DNA of 64,000 nucleotides. It comes from Dehalococcoidia bacterium (lineage in GTDB: Bacteria > Chloroflexota > Dehalococcoidia > Lucifugimonadales > UBA3495). The stretch covers positions 2,389,463-2,453,462 of the forward strand of contig OZ220473.1 in assembly GCA_965115955.1 (NCBI GenBank), read 5' to 3'. The position numbers and the translations under genes are program-made. The notes beneath the pieces are model-generated. The model ran no database searches and had not been told where the DNA came from. It saw only the letters and a list, made by a program, of their open reading frames with translations. Below, piece after piece: positions 39,970 to 50,014 of this stretch; the first letter of the stretch is position 1, and each line of letters opens with the position of its first letter.

Positions 39970-40428
39970 CTAGACGCCGCCCTGCGAGTCGGTCGGCGCG
40001 CCCGGCGGCGACTCGACCAGCTCGTACAGGGTACTGCGGGCCCGGATCTGCTCATCCCAGCCACGGACGCGAAGGTCGATCATCAAACCGTCTGGGCCTT
40101 TGTACTTGCGGTTGGCTCGGCTGCTGCCCGGACACTCGCTAGCGCCGTGCTCCACGACGGTCGAGACGGCATCCTCTAGGTCGTCGACGTAGAAGCCGAT
40201 GTGATGGACGCCCTTGACTGTGGAAGGGCCCTCACCCAGATTTGGGGCGTCTTCCGAGCCTATTTTCAGGATGGCGAAATAGATATAGCCGTCGGTGAGC
40301 CAGACGCCCTCGGCGCCGTTGTCAGGCGAGCGGCGCAGTTCGTCGAGGCCGAAACAGGTTTTGTACCACTCGGCGGTGGCCGCCGGGTCTTCCGTATGCA
40401 GTGCAATGTGTTTGATTCGGGGGGCCAT
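39970..40428 (-). CDS. VOC (glyoxalase/bleomycin-resistance/dioxygenase) family protein
   Basis: 152 aa. IKHIALHT.. and HHIGFYVDDLE motifs. Confidence 0.75.
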   Translation of the reverse strand: MAPRIKHIALHTEDPAATAEWYKTCFGLDELRRSPDNGAEGVWLTDGYIYFAILKIGSEDAPNLGEGPSTVKGVHHIGFYVDDLEDAVSTVVEHGASECPGSSRANRKYKGPDGLMIDLRVRGWDEQIRARSTLYELVESPPGAPTDSQGGV

Positions 40429-40457
40429 CGTTTTACTCCCCTGTTTATGTCGTGGGT

Positions 40458-41390
40458 TTATGTCTTGCCTGCCAGAGATTTCAGGGCCTCGTAGGCGCGC
40501 TGGCCGGAATCCGGCTCGCCCGGCACTTCGAAGATGTTGGCGATAAAGTCGGTGGCGCCTCCCTCGGCAAAGGCCTCCAACTGTCGCTTTATCGACTCTT
40601 CATTGCCTATTACCGCCACCTCGGCCGGACTCTCCACCCCTTCAATGTCCAGCATCCGGCGGTAGTTGACCAGCTCGCCGTAGCGCGAATACGACTCGGC
40701 AGCCTTCCGGCGTCCGGCGCCTTCTTCGTCGGTGACGGCCATGGGCAGGCCGACGCAGACGCGGGGAGCTTCGCGTCCGCTGTTCTCCGCCGCTCGGCGG
40801 ATTCGGGGCGTGATGTGCGACTCGATGGCGCGGGGGCCGACCATCCATGTGACTGTGCCATCGGCCATCTGCCCGGCCAATTTGAGCATCTGAGGGGCAA
40901 GCGCCGAAACGAGGATGGGGCAGGCAGGGCGCTCCAGGGCGGCCAGTTCCAGGTTTACGTTGAAGAATTCGCCTTGAAACTGAATGGCTCCTTCTTCCAG
41001 CAGCGGGCGCATTACCGACAGATACTCGCGCGTGTGGAGAGCCGGGCGGTCGTAGGGTATGCCGAATCCCTCCTCCATTCCGGGGCGATGGGACGGGCCA
41101 ATGCCGAGGACGAACCGTCCGTTGGCGGCCGTGGCGGTGGTGAGGGCCTGCTGCGCCAGGGCCGCCGGGTGCCGCGGGTAGGTCGGAACAACCCCAACGC
41201 CCAGCTCGATGCGGCTGGTCTGCATCCCGGCCATCGCCAGCACGGTGAGAGCGTCGTAGCCTCGGGTGGAAATATGGGGTATCCAGAAACTGTCGAACCC
41301 GTCGTCCTCGGCCTGCTTGATGCAGGCCAGCAATCCGTCGAGGGTCATCAGGTCGGCGACCGACGCGCCGACGAATACTCCTATTCGCAT
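40458..41390 (-). CDS. LLM-class flavin/F420-dependent oxidoreductase
   Basis: 310 aa. Luciferase-like TIM barrel pattern (AEDDGFDSFWIPH, RFVLGIGPSH). Confidence 0.8.
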   Translation of the reverse strand: MRIGVFVGASVADLMTLDGLLACIKQAEDDGFDSFWIPHISTRGYDALTVLAMAGMQTSRIELGVGVVPTYPRHPAALAQQALTTATAANGRFVLGIGPSHRPGMEEGFGIPYDRPALHTREYLSVMRPLLEEGAIQFQGEFFNVNLELAALERPACPILVSALAPQMLKLAGQMADGTVTWMVGPRAIESHITPRIRRAAENSGREAPRVCVGLPMAVTDEEGAGRRKAAESYSRYGELVNYRRMLDIEGVESPAEVAVIGNEESIKRQLEAFAEGGATDFIANIFEVPGEPDSGQRAYEALKSLAGKT

Positions 41391-41461
41391 GGGCGGCTCC
41401 AGCGTCGAATTCTCATCCCCTGTCGAAGGGGGGTCAAAGGGCTGCGGGAACGGGACGGGCG

Positions 41462-41869
41462 CTAGATGCCCATGGCGTCCAGCCCAACGCGGGACAGGTC
41501 TTCGTCGGACTGGCCGCTGGGGTAGCCGCCAACGCCGATACCGCCCAGGATTACGCCGTCCTTCATAATCACCAGACCGCCTTGGCCGTGGGTCATCATG
41601 GGGTCGCCCTGTTCGGCGATGCTGCGGCCCTGGCTGTGCAGCCGCTGGGCGTTCTCTCCCGAATTCAGGCCCATCATGGCCGAGGTATAGGCCTTGCGAA
41701 TGGCGTGCCGCCGGCTGAAGATGCGCAGGTTGTCCATGGTCTGGTAGGCCAGCAAGTTGCCGGCGCTGTCTACGATGGCCATCGCCACCGGCTCGCCGGG
41801 GGTCTCCATCGCCTTGTTGATCATTGCAGACATCGCGGCCTGCACTTGCGCCATAGTGGGAGCAGACAT
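41462..41869 (-). CDS. GlcG/HbpS-like heme-binding (DUF336) protein
   Basis: About 135 aa from ATG 41869 (SD AGGAGG). VAMAIVDSAGNLLA.., GGLVIMKDGVILGGIGVGG. Confidence 0.7.
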   Translation of the reverse strand: MSAPTMAQVQAAMSAMINKAMETPGEPVAMAIVDSAGNLLAYQTMDNLRIFSRRHAIRKAYTSAMMGLNSGENAQRLHSQGRSIAEQGDPMMTHGQGGLVIMKDGVILGGIGVGGYPSGQSDEDLSRVGLDAMGI

Positions 41870-42035
41870 ATCGCCTCCTGTCGTTGCAGTGGTGGTTTGC
41901 CGTCGCGCGGCAGGAAGATTATACATAAGATTGCCGGGCCGGGTTTGAGCGAGGCCCGTTTTCATAGTAGCCTAGCGTCGTCTGGCGGCCTGATACGCAG
42001 AGTAGACGGGAAACGGCAACGCGAAGGAGTTTGAG

Positions 42036-43043
42036 ATGACGACGCGGCTGGATTCGTGGCTGGCGCTTACTGAGGAAGAGCCGATTGAGCCTGATATGCC
42101 CATCCTGGACCCACATCATCATTTCTGGGAGCGTCCAGGCGACATTTACTTGCTGGACAACCTTCTGGATGACATTGGCTCGGGACACAGGGTAGCCCAG
42201 ACTGTATTTGTGGAGTGCCGCTCCATGTATCGCACCAGCGGGCCGCCGGAGATGCGCTCTGTGGGCGAGGTGGAGTTCGTGGGGGGCATTGCGGCAGCCA
42301 ATGTCGCCGCCGGAGGGGAGACTGCGGTTGCCGCAGGGATTGTCGGCAACGCCGACCTGATGATGGGCGATACCGTGGAGCCGGTGCTGGAGGCCCTGGC
42401 CGAAGCCGGCAGAGGACGCTTCCGGGGGATCCGCTGCACTGCGGCGTGGGACGCCAGCTCCAAGATAAACGCGGCCCGCGCCAGCTCTCCCGGGATGCTG
42501 GCCGACGCTGACTTTCGTCGCGGCCTGGCTTGCCTGGAACGCATGGGCATGACCTTCGACTGCATCGTCTACCACCCGCAGCTACAGGAAGTGGCAGACA
42601 TGGCCAGGGCGTTCCCCGACCTGACCGTCATCCTGAACCACGTTGGGCGACCTTTGGGCATCGGGCCTTATGCAGGACGGCGTGAGGAATTGATGCCGGA
42701 GTGGCGCAAGGGCGTTGACGCTGTTTCCGAGTGTCCCAACGTGATGGTCAAGGTCGGCGGTCTGGGGAATCCCATCAGCGGATTCGATTGGCACCAAAGG
42801 CCTTTCCCGCCGGGTTCCAGGGAGATAGCGGCCTCCACCGCTCCCTATTACCTGCACTGCATCGAGAAATTCGGCGCCAGCCGATGCATGTTCGAAAGCA
42901 ACTTCCCGGTAGACAAGCAATCTTGCTCGTACACGGTTTGCTGGAATGCCTTCAAGCGACTTTCCCGGGGCTTCTCGGCAACGGAGCAGGCCGACCTGTT
43001 CCACAACACCGCGGCAAGGACCTATAGGCTGCCTGAGGTGTAG
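42036..43043 (+). CDS. amidohydrolase-2 family metal-dependent hydrolase
   Basis: 335 aa. ILDPHHHFW N-terminal metal motif, LNHVGRP, FESNFPVDK. Confidence 0.8.
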   Translation: MTTRLDSWLALTEEEPIEPDMPILDPHHHFWERPGDIYLLDNLLDDIGSGHRVAQTVFVECRSMYRTSGPPEMRSVGEVEFVGGIAAANVAAGGETAVAAGIVGNADLMMGDTVEPVLEALAEAGRGRFRGIRCTAAWDASSKINAARASSPGMLADADFRRGLACLERMGMTFDCIVYHPQLQEVADMARAFPDLTVILNHVGRPLGIGPYAGRREELMPEWRKGVDAVSECPNVMVKVGGLGNPISGFDWHQRPFPPGSREIAASTAPYYLHCIEKFGASRCMFESNFPVDKQSCSYTVCWNAFKRLSRGFSATEQADLFHNTAARTYRLPEV

Positions 43044-43080
43044 TGCCTGAGGTATGGTGGGGAACAGGTGCAGGGAAATG

Positions 43081-43155
43081 GTGGCAACGACTGGGTTCGA
43101 ACCAGTGACCTAGCGCTTATGAAGCGCCCGCTCTGCCGCTGAGCTACGTTGCCAC
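43081..43155 (-). tRNA. tRNA with CAT anticodon (elongator Met, or Ile2 if lysidine-modified), CCA encoded
   Basis: A cloverleaf could be folded by hand. Acceptor GGCAACG/CGTTGCC, D arm GCTC-AGCGGCA-GAGC, anticodon arm GGCGC-TTCATAA-GCGCT, T arm ACTGG-TTCGAAC-CCAGT, A73, CCA. Not initiator-like (G1-C72 paired, no GGG/CCC in the anticodon stem). Confidence 0.85.
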
Positions 43156-43486
43156 CTGAAGGGCCATCCGGCCAGCCGCCTGGATGTAACCCGCTGCTTC
43201 CATGTTAGCCACAGGCAGCCAGCCATGTCAATCGCCGTCCGACCCCGCTCTGGCCGACTCCCGGCGCAGATCGTGAATCGTCAGTTGGTGTCCGGCCTGA
43301 ATCATGTTGGCGGCCATGGGTTCCCCATGTTGACAACGCCAATAAACCCAGCTTTCATATCGCTCTCGTCTCTGTTGAAATGCGCCGGCGCAGTCGGCCC
43401 GGTGCAAGCGCCGGCATTACAGCGCCGGACGATACAGCCTTGCTGCTGCGTCCGCTGTCGCAGAACCCGGCCGGAACGAGAGCTGC

Positions 43487-44380
43487 TCAGCGTTTGCCGT
43501 GCACAGTCCTAGGGTCAAGCAAATCCCTCAATCCATCGCCCAGCAGGTTGAACCCCAGCACGGCCATAAAAATGGCCATGCCCGGCGGCAGCAGCAGGCG
43601 CGGAGCGGTTTGCAGATGTGGACGGGCATCATTGAGCATCGCTCCCCATTCCGGCGTCGGTGGTTGCGCCCCCAAGCCCAGAAAGTTCAGGCCGGCTATA
43701 CCAAGAATTATCCATCCGACGTCGAGGGAAGCTATGACGATGATCGGCCCGAGTATATTGGGCGCAATATGACGCGCAATAATGCGGAGGCTGCCGGCTC
43801 CCGCTGCGCGCGCCGCCGTCACGTACTCCTGTTGACGGTCTGCCAGGGTCACCCCTCGGATGATGCGGGCATGACCGACCCACCAGACGGCTCCCGCGGC
43901 CAGCAGGACGTTGAACAGCCCCGGCCCCAATGCGCCGGCCACGGCCAGCGCCAGAATCAGCGAAGGGAAAGCCAGCAGCAAGTCAACAATGCCCATCAGC
44001 GCCGTATCCGGCCAGCCGCCGTAATAGCCGGAAAAAATGCCCACGACCAACGCCAGCGCCATACTCAGGGCCAGAGTAGAGGCCACGGCCAGCATAGTAA
44101 TGCGCGCTCCGTGTACGATGCGACTAAAGGTGTCCCGTCCCAGGTGGTCGCTTCCCAGAAGGTGCTCGAGCGTCGGAGGCGCCAAACGGTTGGGTATGTT
44201 TATTTCCTTTGGGTCGGCCAGCGGAAGCCAGGGCGCCAGCAACCCCGTCAGCAGCAGGGACGCCACCAGGAATATGCCCAGCGCAGTCCCGGGGTCGCGC
44301 AGCATACCCGCCCACCGCCGGCGTCGGCGCGCGGCAACGCCAGCGCTGAGGCCTTCCGAACGTTCTATGATAGCCGGCAT
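43487..44380 (-). CDS. ABC transporter permease (DppC/OppC-like)
   Basis: 297 aa. HLLGSDHLGRD N-terminal motif, EAA-like loop (AARAAGAGSLRIIARHIAPN). Confidence 0.85.
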   Translation of the reverse strand: MPAIIERSEGLSAGVAARRRRRWAGMLRDPGTALGIFLVASLLLTGLLAPWLPLADPKEINIPNRLAPPTLEHLLGSDHLGRDTFSRIVHGARITMLAVASTLALSMALALVVGIFSGYYGGWPDTALMGIVDLLLAFPSLILALAVAGALGPGLFNVLLAAGAVWWVGHARIIRGVTLADRQQEYVTAARAAGAGSLRIIARHIAPNILGPIIVIASLDVGWIILGIAGLNFLGLGAQPPTPEWGAMLNDARPHLQTAPRLLLPPGMAIFMAVLGFNLLGDGLRDLLDPRTVHGKR

Positions 44381-44386
44381 CGGCCG

Positions 44387-45334
44387 CTACGTTTCTTCTC
44401 GCACGAAGCGGAGACGAGGATCGGCGATGCGTAAGGCGACGTCAGCCGCCAGGTTGGCCAGCAACGTCACTACTCCCATGTAGGCGACGAATCCTTGCAC
44501 CATTGGATAGTCCCGAGCGAGAGCCGCGCTCACTATCAACTGACCCAACCCCGGCAAACTGAATATAGTCTCAACAATGACGGCACCGCTTAAGAGATAG
44601 CTGAGATTGACGCCCATTGCGCCAATGGCCGGCAGCATCGCGTTGCGCAGCGCGTGCCGGACCGAAACCGCGCGCTCCGACAATCCTTTGGCCCTCGCCG
44701 TTCGTATGTAATCCTGGCCCAAGGTTTCCAGCATACTGGCGCGTATCAGCCGCATCAGCTGAGCCATCGGCGCGAGGGACAATGTAACGGCTGGCGGCAG
44801 AACCTGGGACGGGGAGCCGTAACCCAGGGCTGGCAGCCAGGACAATCTGACGGCGAACAGTATAATCAGCCCATACGCCAGGGCGTAGGATGGCGCCGCC
44901 GCTCCTATCAGCGCCGTCAGGCGCGCCGCCAGGTCCAAACTGCTTCCGCGCCTGCGGGCCGACAGTATGCCCATCGGCGCCGCTATCAAGAGCGCCAGCC
45001 CCAGCGCAGCCGCAGTCAGCAATGCCGTTGGGCCCGTCCGGCGCGCCAGTTGCGCTGCTACCGGCTGTTCGGTTACGTAAGACCGACCCAAGTCTCCCGT
45101 GCTGGCCCGGCCTATCCAGCGGACGTATCGGACGGCCAGAGAAGCGTCCAACCCCAGATCTGCCCGCATCGCCGCCACCGCTGCCGGGCTGGGTAGTTGG
45201 CCCGGACTGCGTTGGCGCAGCACAATATCAGCCGGGTCCCCCGGCGCCAGGTTCAAGAGAATGAAGCTGACGCCCGAGATGCCCAGCAGCAGCAGCGGCA
45301 GCGTGGCCAGCCGGCGGGCCAGGTACGCACTCAT
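44387..45334 (-). CDS. ABC transporter permease (DppB/OppB-like)
   Basis: 315 aa. YIRTARAKGLSERAVSVRHALRNA EAA motif. Confidence 0.85.
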   Translation of the reverse strand: MSAYLARRLATLPLLLLGISGVSFILLNLAPGDPADIVLRQRSPGQLPSPAAVAAMRADLGLDASLAVRYVRWIGRASTGDLGRSYVTEQPVAAQLARRTGPTALLTAAALGLALLIAAPMGILSARRRGSSLDLAARLTALIGAAAPSYALAYGLIILFAVRLSWLPALGYGSPSQVLPPAVTLSLAPMAQLMRLIRASMLETLGQDYIRTARAKGLSERAVSVRHALRNAMLPAIGAMGVNLSYLLSGAVIVETIFSLPGLGQLIVSAALARDYPMVQGFVAYMGVVTLLANLAADVALRIADPRLRFVREET

Positions 45335-45371
45335 GCCGCTTCACGCACGCTATCGGCTCATGGCCGGTTTC

Positions 45372-47078
45372 TCACTCGGAAAGCCCTATGAGGTGGTCGA
45401 AGATATAAAGTCGGTGCGGGTGCGGCTCAAATCCGGCAATCCGCTCACTAATGCCATACACCATATGCGCGTGCGCCACCGGCAAAAGCGCGCTTTCGTC
45501 GGCAACCACGGCCATGGCCTCGCACGCAATTTGCTGCCGCTGCTGAATGTCCGACACATCCCCCGCCTGCTTTATGATGTCCACCAGCCCCGGATTGGAG
45601 TAATGTCCATAGTTGTTGGCTCCGCTGTCACTGCCGTCGGCGTGGTGTCCGAGGAACTTGCTGACGTTCAAAACCGGGTCTCCGGCGTCCACTACGTTGT
45701 TGTACCATCCGAAGAGGTCCCAGACCGGCTCCTTTACCACCGACCATTCGGCGATGCGTACCTGGGCCCGGATGCCCACGTCGGACAGCATGGCCTGGGC
45801 CGCCTAGGCCATAATGGGCAACTGGAACCGTTCCGGATAACCGCCGATGACTATTTCCAGATCCTGCCCGTCCTTGTCCACATACCCGTCGCCGTCGCTG
45901 TCGGCGTAGCCGGCCTCCGCCAGCAAATCTCTGGCGCGCTGCGGATTGTAATTCGGCCCGGCCACTCCGGGGCAGGATGCTAGCGCCTCCGGCAGCAAAA
46001 GGCTCGCAAATGAACCCGTTCCCGCCGGCGCCACCAGCCCAGCGATGCTTTCCCGGTCGATGGCATGGCTTACGGCTTGCCGCACCAGCGGATCGGCTAA
46101 CGTTTCCCGCTCGAAATTGACCCACCACATCACCACCGAAGCGCCGACGCCGTCGGTCAGGCTGCGCAGCCCGGGCAGGGCATCTATACGCTCTGCCCCT
46201 TCCGGGGATATGTTGATGGCAAAGTCAATATCGCCGGCTTGCAGGGCCAGTTCCCGGCTGTTGGTATCCGGGATGGCGATGTGCTCAATGCCGGCCAATG
46301 GCGGAGCTCCTCCCCAGTAATCGTCGTTGGCTACGCTGCTCAAACGCTCTTTGAGGATGTACTCCGTGGGGATGTACGGGCCGGTCAGCGCTCCCGCAGC
46401 GAGGAAACCATCCTCGCCGGCAGCGTCAGCCGACGCCGCGTCCACAATTGCCATGTTAGATGTGGTCAATAACCCCGGCAGTGTGGGGCGCGGCTCCATA
46501 GTAGTGACGATGATAGTCTGATCGTCCTTTACTTCCACGCTTTCAACCGCCAGCCTCTCCGCGGCAGCCGGCGACAACCGGACGGTCCTTTCCAATGACG
46601 CTTTGACCGCTTGAGCGTCCATCACCGCGCCGTTGTGAAACCTGACGCCGGAACGCAGCCCAATCTCCCAGGTCATCTGGTCCAACTGTTCAGCCCCTGT
46701 GGCCAGCCACGGCTCGGGGCTGAGATTGGTCGCAGACAGGCGGAACAGGTTCTCCGACATACCTGATTGACTGGATACCCATGACCCCTCCACCGGGTCC
46801 AGCAGGCCGTCCAGCCAGATAACTCCGGCTTTCAGCGTTGGCCGTTCCTCCTGAACGGCGGCTGTCGGCGCTGTTTGCTCCGGCTCCTCGGTAGGCGCTG
46901 TCGTTGGATCGGATGCGGCGGGGACTGTGGCGGATTGCTCCGGCGCATCCGCAGTTCCGGCTGCAGCAGGCATTGCAGTCTCGGCAGGCTCGTTCGTCGC
47001 CCCGCACGCCACTGCAAGCAGGACGAGCAGGCTCGCCGCTACCGCCATAATGATACGTTGTACCAATAAAGTCGACAT
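45372..47078 (-). pseudogene. family-5 (peptide/nickel) ABC substrate-binding lipoprotein interrupted by one in-frame TAG
   Basis: ORFs 45804-47078 and 45372-45791 are in the same frame, separated only by TAG (45804-45806) plus 4 codons: ..RFQLPIMA-TAG-AAQAMLSDVGIRAQV... Lipobox LLAVACG at the N-terminus. Confidence 0.7.
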
Positions 47079-47479
47079 AAAACCACTCCCCTTTGATTTG
47101 CGATGGATTTCAACGAACCCCTGACCCCAAAATCGCCGCGCCGGCCAAAGATCAGGTTCACCAACGGGTGTCGGTCGGTTCGTTGGTTAACGCAAATAAC
47201 CTCACAGAGCAAATCGCCCTGGTCAATTTGTCAAGTGCCCATTATCCGAGTAGCGAATAGCGAAATCGCCTGGCCGCAGGATCGTGAAAAAATGGGGTTC
47301 GAGAGACCGCCCAGGCTACGGCCTGGACGCGTATTTAGTGTGTCGTAGCCCTTATTAACCGTGCACAATTCTATTTTTGGACGCGGCAACTTGGATATGG
47401 CTCAATTGGTGAGCCCTCGGTGATTCCACCGAGGGCTTGGCGCCTTTGGCTGGTGCTGGTTTGGTTTATCCGCCAGGCT

Positions 47480-48218
47480 GGCTCCAGGTGACGCGGCAAG
47501 CCTGTGACCAGTTGCCGCATTCCATGGAGTAGCTGCGCACGACCATGATGTGCTTCTGTCAGGCGGTCAGTCCGTTCAGGGTAACTCCGGACTGTGCCGT
47601 TCCGGTCGCTTCCGCCGGCTTTGTGCTTCCTTATCGCGGCCCATACCTTGTACTGGTGCTGTCCAGGCTGGGCAGGGGCACACCATCCTCCGACGTTGCG
47701 GGAGTCCTTCCAGGAAACGCTGGTAGCTCCCTCGGCGGTGGGCTCTGCCTTCAGGCCCCGTACTCTGGGGGCCTTGCGCTTCTCAGCCTCGTCCGGCGGG
47801 CTCGGACGGGTGGAGGGGACTGCCGCCTTCTTCGGGACGGAGAATGTTTCCGACCAGGGGCCGTTGCCGTGAGCATTGAATGCCCTGACTCAGTACTCGT
47901 AGGCTGTGCCGTAACGGAGGGTGTGGTAAGCGAAGGCCTGCACCTTCGGGCTGAGCCTGGTGTACTTACTGTACGGAGGGGGCTCACATGGGAGTTTGGT
48001 CAATCCTATGAGTCCTTTCCTGCCTGGCGCACTTTGATTTCGTACCCGGTTGCCGAATCGTCGTCGACCAGGGGCCAGATGACCGTGACGGCTTTGTAAT
48101 GCCTGTCGTCCCTGAACTGGATGGAGCGCAGGATCGTCGGCGCCTGCGTCGGAGTACCGTCTACCTCGGCTTGGTCCTGGGCCTGTACGGCGGTTCCCGA
48201 CGTTGCGGTTATTGACAC
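47480..48218 (-). pseudogene. decayed FN3-repeat gene relic (5'-truncated, frameshifts and in-frame TGAs)
   Basis: Hand translation gives ..VTVIWPLVDDDSATGYEIKVRQAGKDS-stop, then in another frame ..YSKYTRLSPKVQAFAYHTLRYGTAYEY-TGA-VRAFNAHGNGPWSETFSV.., then ..GATSVSWKD.., then a further shift to ..GVTLNGLTA-TGA-QKHIMVVRSYSMECGNWS... A terminator-like hairpin lies at 47411-47436. Confidence 0.55.
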
Positions 48219-48319
48219 CGCTTTCCGTTACGGACGCACCGAAATTCGAGTAGCGAAATCGCTTGGATTGTGCGTCTGATTGTTGGCGAATCGCGACGAT
48301 TCATCTAGAATACGCTCCG

Positions 48320-48688
48320 ATGTGTTCGACCGATCGCAATCCCGGTGTCCTGACGGAACTTGCCGCCGCTCAGCTGCGGGAGGTTGTGGCGGAGCTTGCC
48401 GCCAGGCTGCGACCCTTCCCTGCTTTCCTGGGAATGAGCTCGTTGCAGGCTATCGAGGTGGAACCGCCCCCGGACTCCAGGGACGATTGGGGCTGCGTCG
48501 TAGTGCTGCCCGACGGAGAGATTTGCGGGCTGGAACTGGAGGTCATCCCGGGGCCTGCCGGGCCGGCGGACGTGGACCAGATTGACCGATACAGGCCGAT
48601 GGAGCTGTCTGCCGAAGATTACATTTACTTCGCCGCCGCCGCCGTTCGGCTGATGTCCAGAGAGCTGTCCAAACGAGGCATTCGCTGA
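48320..48688 (+). CDS. hypothetical protein
   Basis: ORF 48263-48688 with first ATG at 48320. No family recognised. Confidence 0.4.
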   Translation: MCSTDRNPGVLTELAAAQLREVVAELAARLRPFPAFLGMSSLQAIEVEPPPDSRDDWGCVVVLPDGEICGLELEVIPGPAGPADVDQIDRYRPMELSAEDYIYFAAAAVRLMSRELSKRGIR

Positions 48689-48991
48689 CTGGCTGCGAAC
48701 GAGGCGGATGCTGACCCGAAAGCGTTGCGGTTCAATGAGCCGGCTGCAATTACTCGCTGTTGCGGAGCGACCGGCCGGCGCTGCCTCCAGGCTTTCCGTC
48801 CGATACTTCCGGCCGATTCGCCCGCGATGCGTTGCTGCGCAGGGCCAGCGGCCAGGAGGCGCGCTTCAGCGCCGCCAGCCCCGGCAGGTTTGGGGCCTCT
48901 TCGCGTACGTAAAGAGGCGGGAGCAGGGAAGGTGTGCCGCCCTTCGAGACGAATCGCTGTGTCGCAGGCTGGGTATTCGACCTTTTTCCGG

Positions 48992-49507
48992 CTAGTCGTC
49001 ATCAAGCCCGATGTCGCCGCTGCGGCCGCCGCGCTTGCGCACCAGGCGCACGCCTTCGATGCATATGCCCCGGTCGACAGCTTTGCACATGTCGTAGAGC
49101 GTCAGGGCGGCAACGGAGACGGCGGTCAGCGCTTCCATCTCGACCCCGGTGCGGGCCGAGGTGCTGGCGGTGGCGGTTACGTCGATACGGCTGAGTTCTT
49201 CGTCCAATTTCAGGTCAACGGTCACATTATCCAGCGGCAGCGGGTGGCACAGAGGAATCAGTTCTGCGGTCTTCTTGGCGGCCATGATGCCGGCTACCTG
49301 GGCCACGGTCAGCACATCGCCCTTCTTCATCAGCCCTTCCCGGATGAGCCTTGCCGTTTCCGGCTGGATGGAAACGCTGCCCTGGGCCACGGCTTCGCGG
49401 CTGGTGATGTCCTTCTCGCCGACATCCACCATTCGCGCCCGTCCATGTTCGTCCAAGTGGGAAAGAGCCGGGTGGGAAAGGGACTGCTGCTGGTGTGGAG
49501 TTGTCAT
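48992..49507 (-). CDS. moaC: cyclic pyranopterin monophosphate synthase MoaC
   Basis: [24 protein letters not shown] and [22 protein letters not shown] motifs. ATG 49507 overlaps the rnhA stop (ATGA). Confidence 0.9.
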   Translation of the reverse strand: MTTPHQQQSLSHPALSHLDEHGRARMVDVGEKDITSREAVAQGSVSIQPETARLIREGLMKKGDVLTVAQVAGIMAAKKTAELIPLCHPLPLDNVTVDLKLDEELSRIDVTATASTSARTGVEMEALTAVSVAALTLYDMCKAVDRGICIEGVRLVRKRGGRSGDIGLDDD

Positions 49508-50013
49508 AACTGTCCTATTCGCTGATTCTCGAACCCGTCGTCTCTCGCCAGGTTGTCTCTGCCGGCCGCAGCAACTGCCAGCCTGTCGGCCCGCACATTG
49601 CCAGTGTTGCCGACGTGTCCACGCACCCACTTGAACTCGGCGTCGTGCTGCTCCAGAGCGGCAAGCAGCCTATCCCAAAGGTCAGGGTTAGCGGCCCGTT
49701 CCCGTCTGTTGCGCATCCAGCCGTTGGTTTTCCACTTCTTGGCCCAGCCCTTCTCAATCGCGTCTACAACGTAGCTGGAATCGCTGTACACTGTGACTGT
49801 GCAAGGCTGTTTCAATGCTTCGATCCCAGCGATGGCGGCGAGGATTTCCATACGGTTGTTGGTGGTGTGCCGAAAACCTCCGGAGATTTCCTTCTCCTGT
49901 CCCTGGTATTCCAGGATCGCGGCGTAACCCCCTGGCCCGGGATTGCCCAGGCACGAGCCGTCGGTATAAATGGTTACGCGATCATGGACTGCGTTTCTAG
50001 TCGTTTCTATCAT
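49504..50013 (-). CDS. rnhA: ribonuclease HI
   Basis: 169 aa. [46 protein letters not shown]. Confidence 0.9.
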   Translation of the reverse strand: MIETTRNAVHDRVTIYTDGSCLGNPGPGGYAAILEYQGQEKEISGGFRHTTNNRMEILAAIAGIEALKQPCTVTVYSDSSYVVDAIEKGWAKKWKTNGWMRNRRERAANPDLWDRLLAALEQHDAEFKWVRGHVGNTGNVRADRLAVAAAGRDNLARDDGFENQRIGQL

Positions 50014-50014
50014 G

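Noticed and set aside
45804-45806. In-frame TAG in the binding-protein gene as pyrrolysine, and TGAs in the FN3 relic (for example 47890-47892) as selenocysteine
   Set aside because: No pyl genes or PYLIS context were found. The relic also has frameshifts and no hairpin after the TGAs, so simple inactivation is the better explanation.
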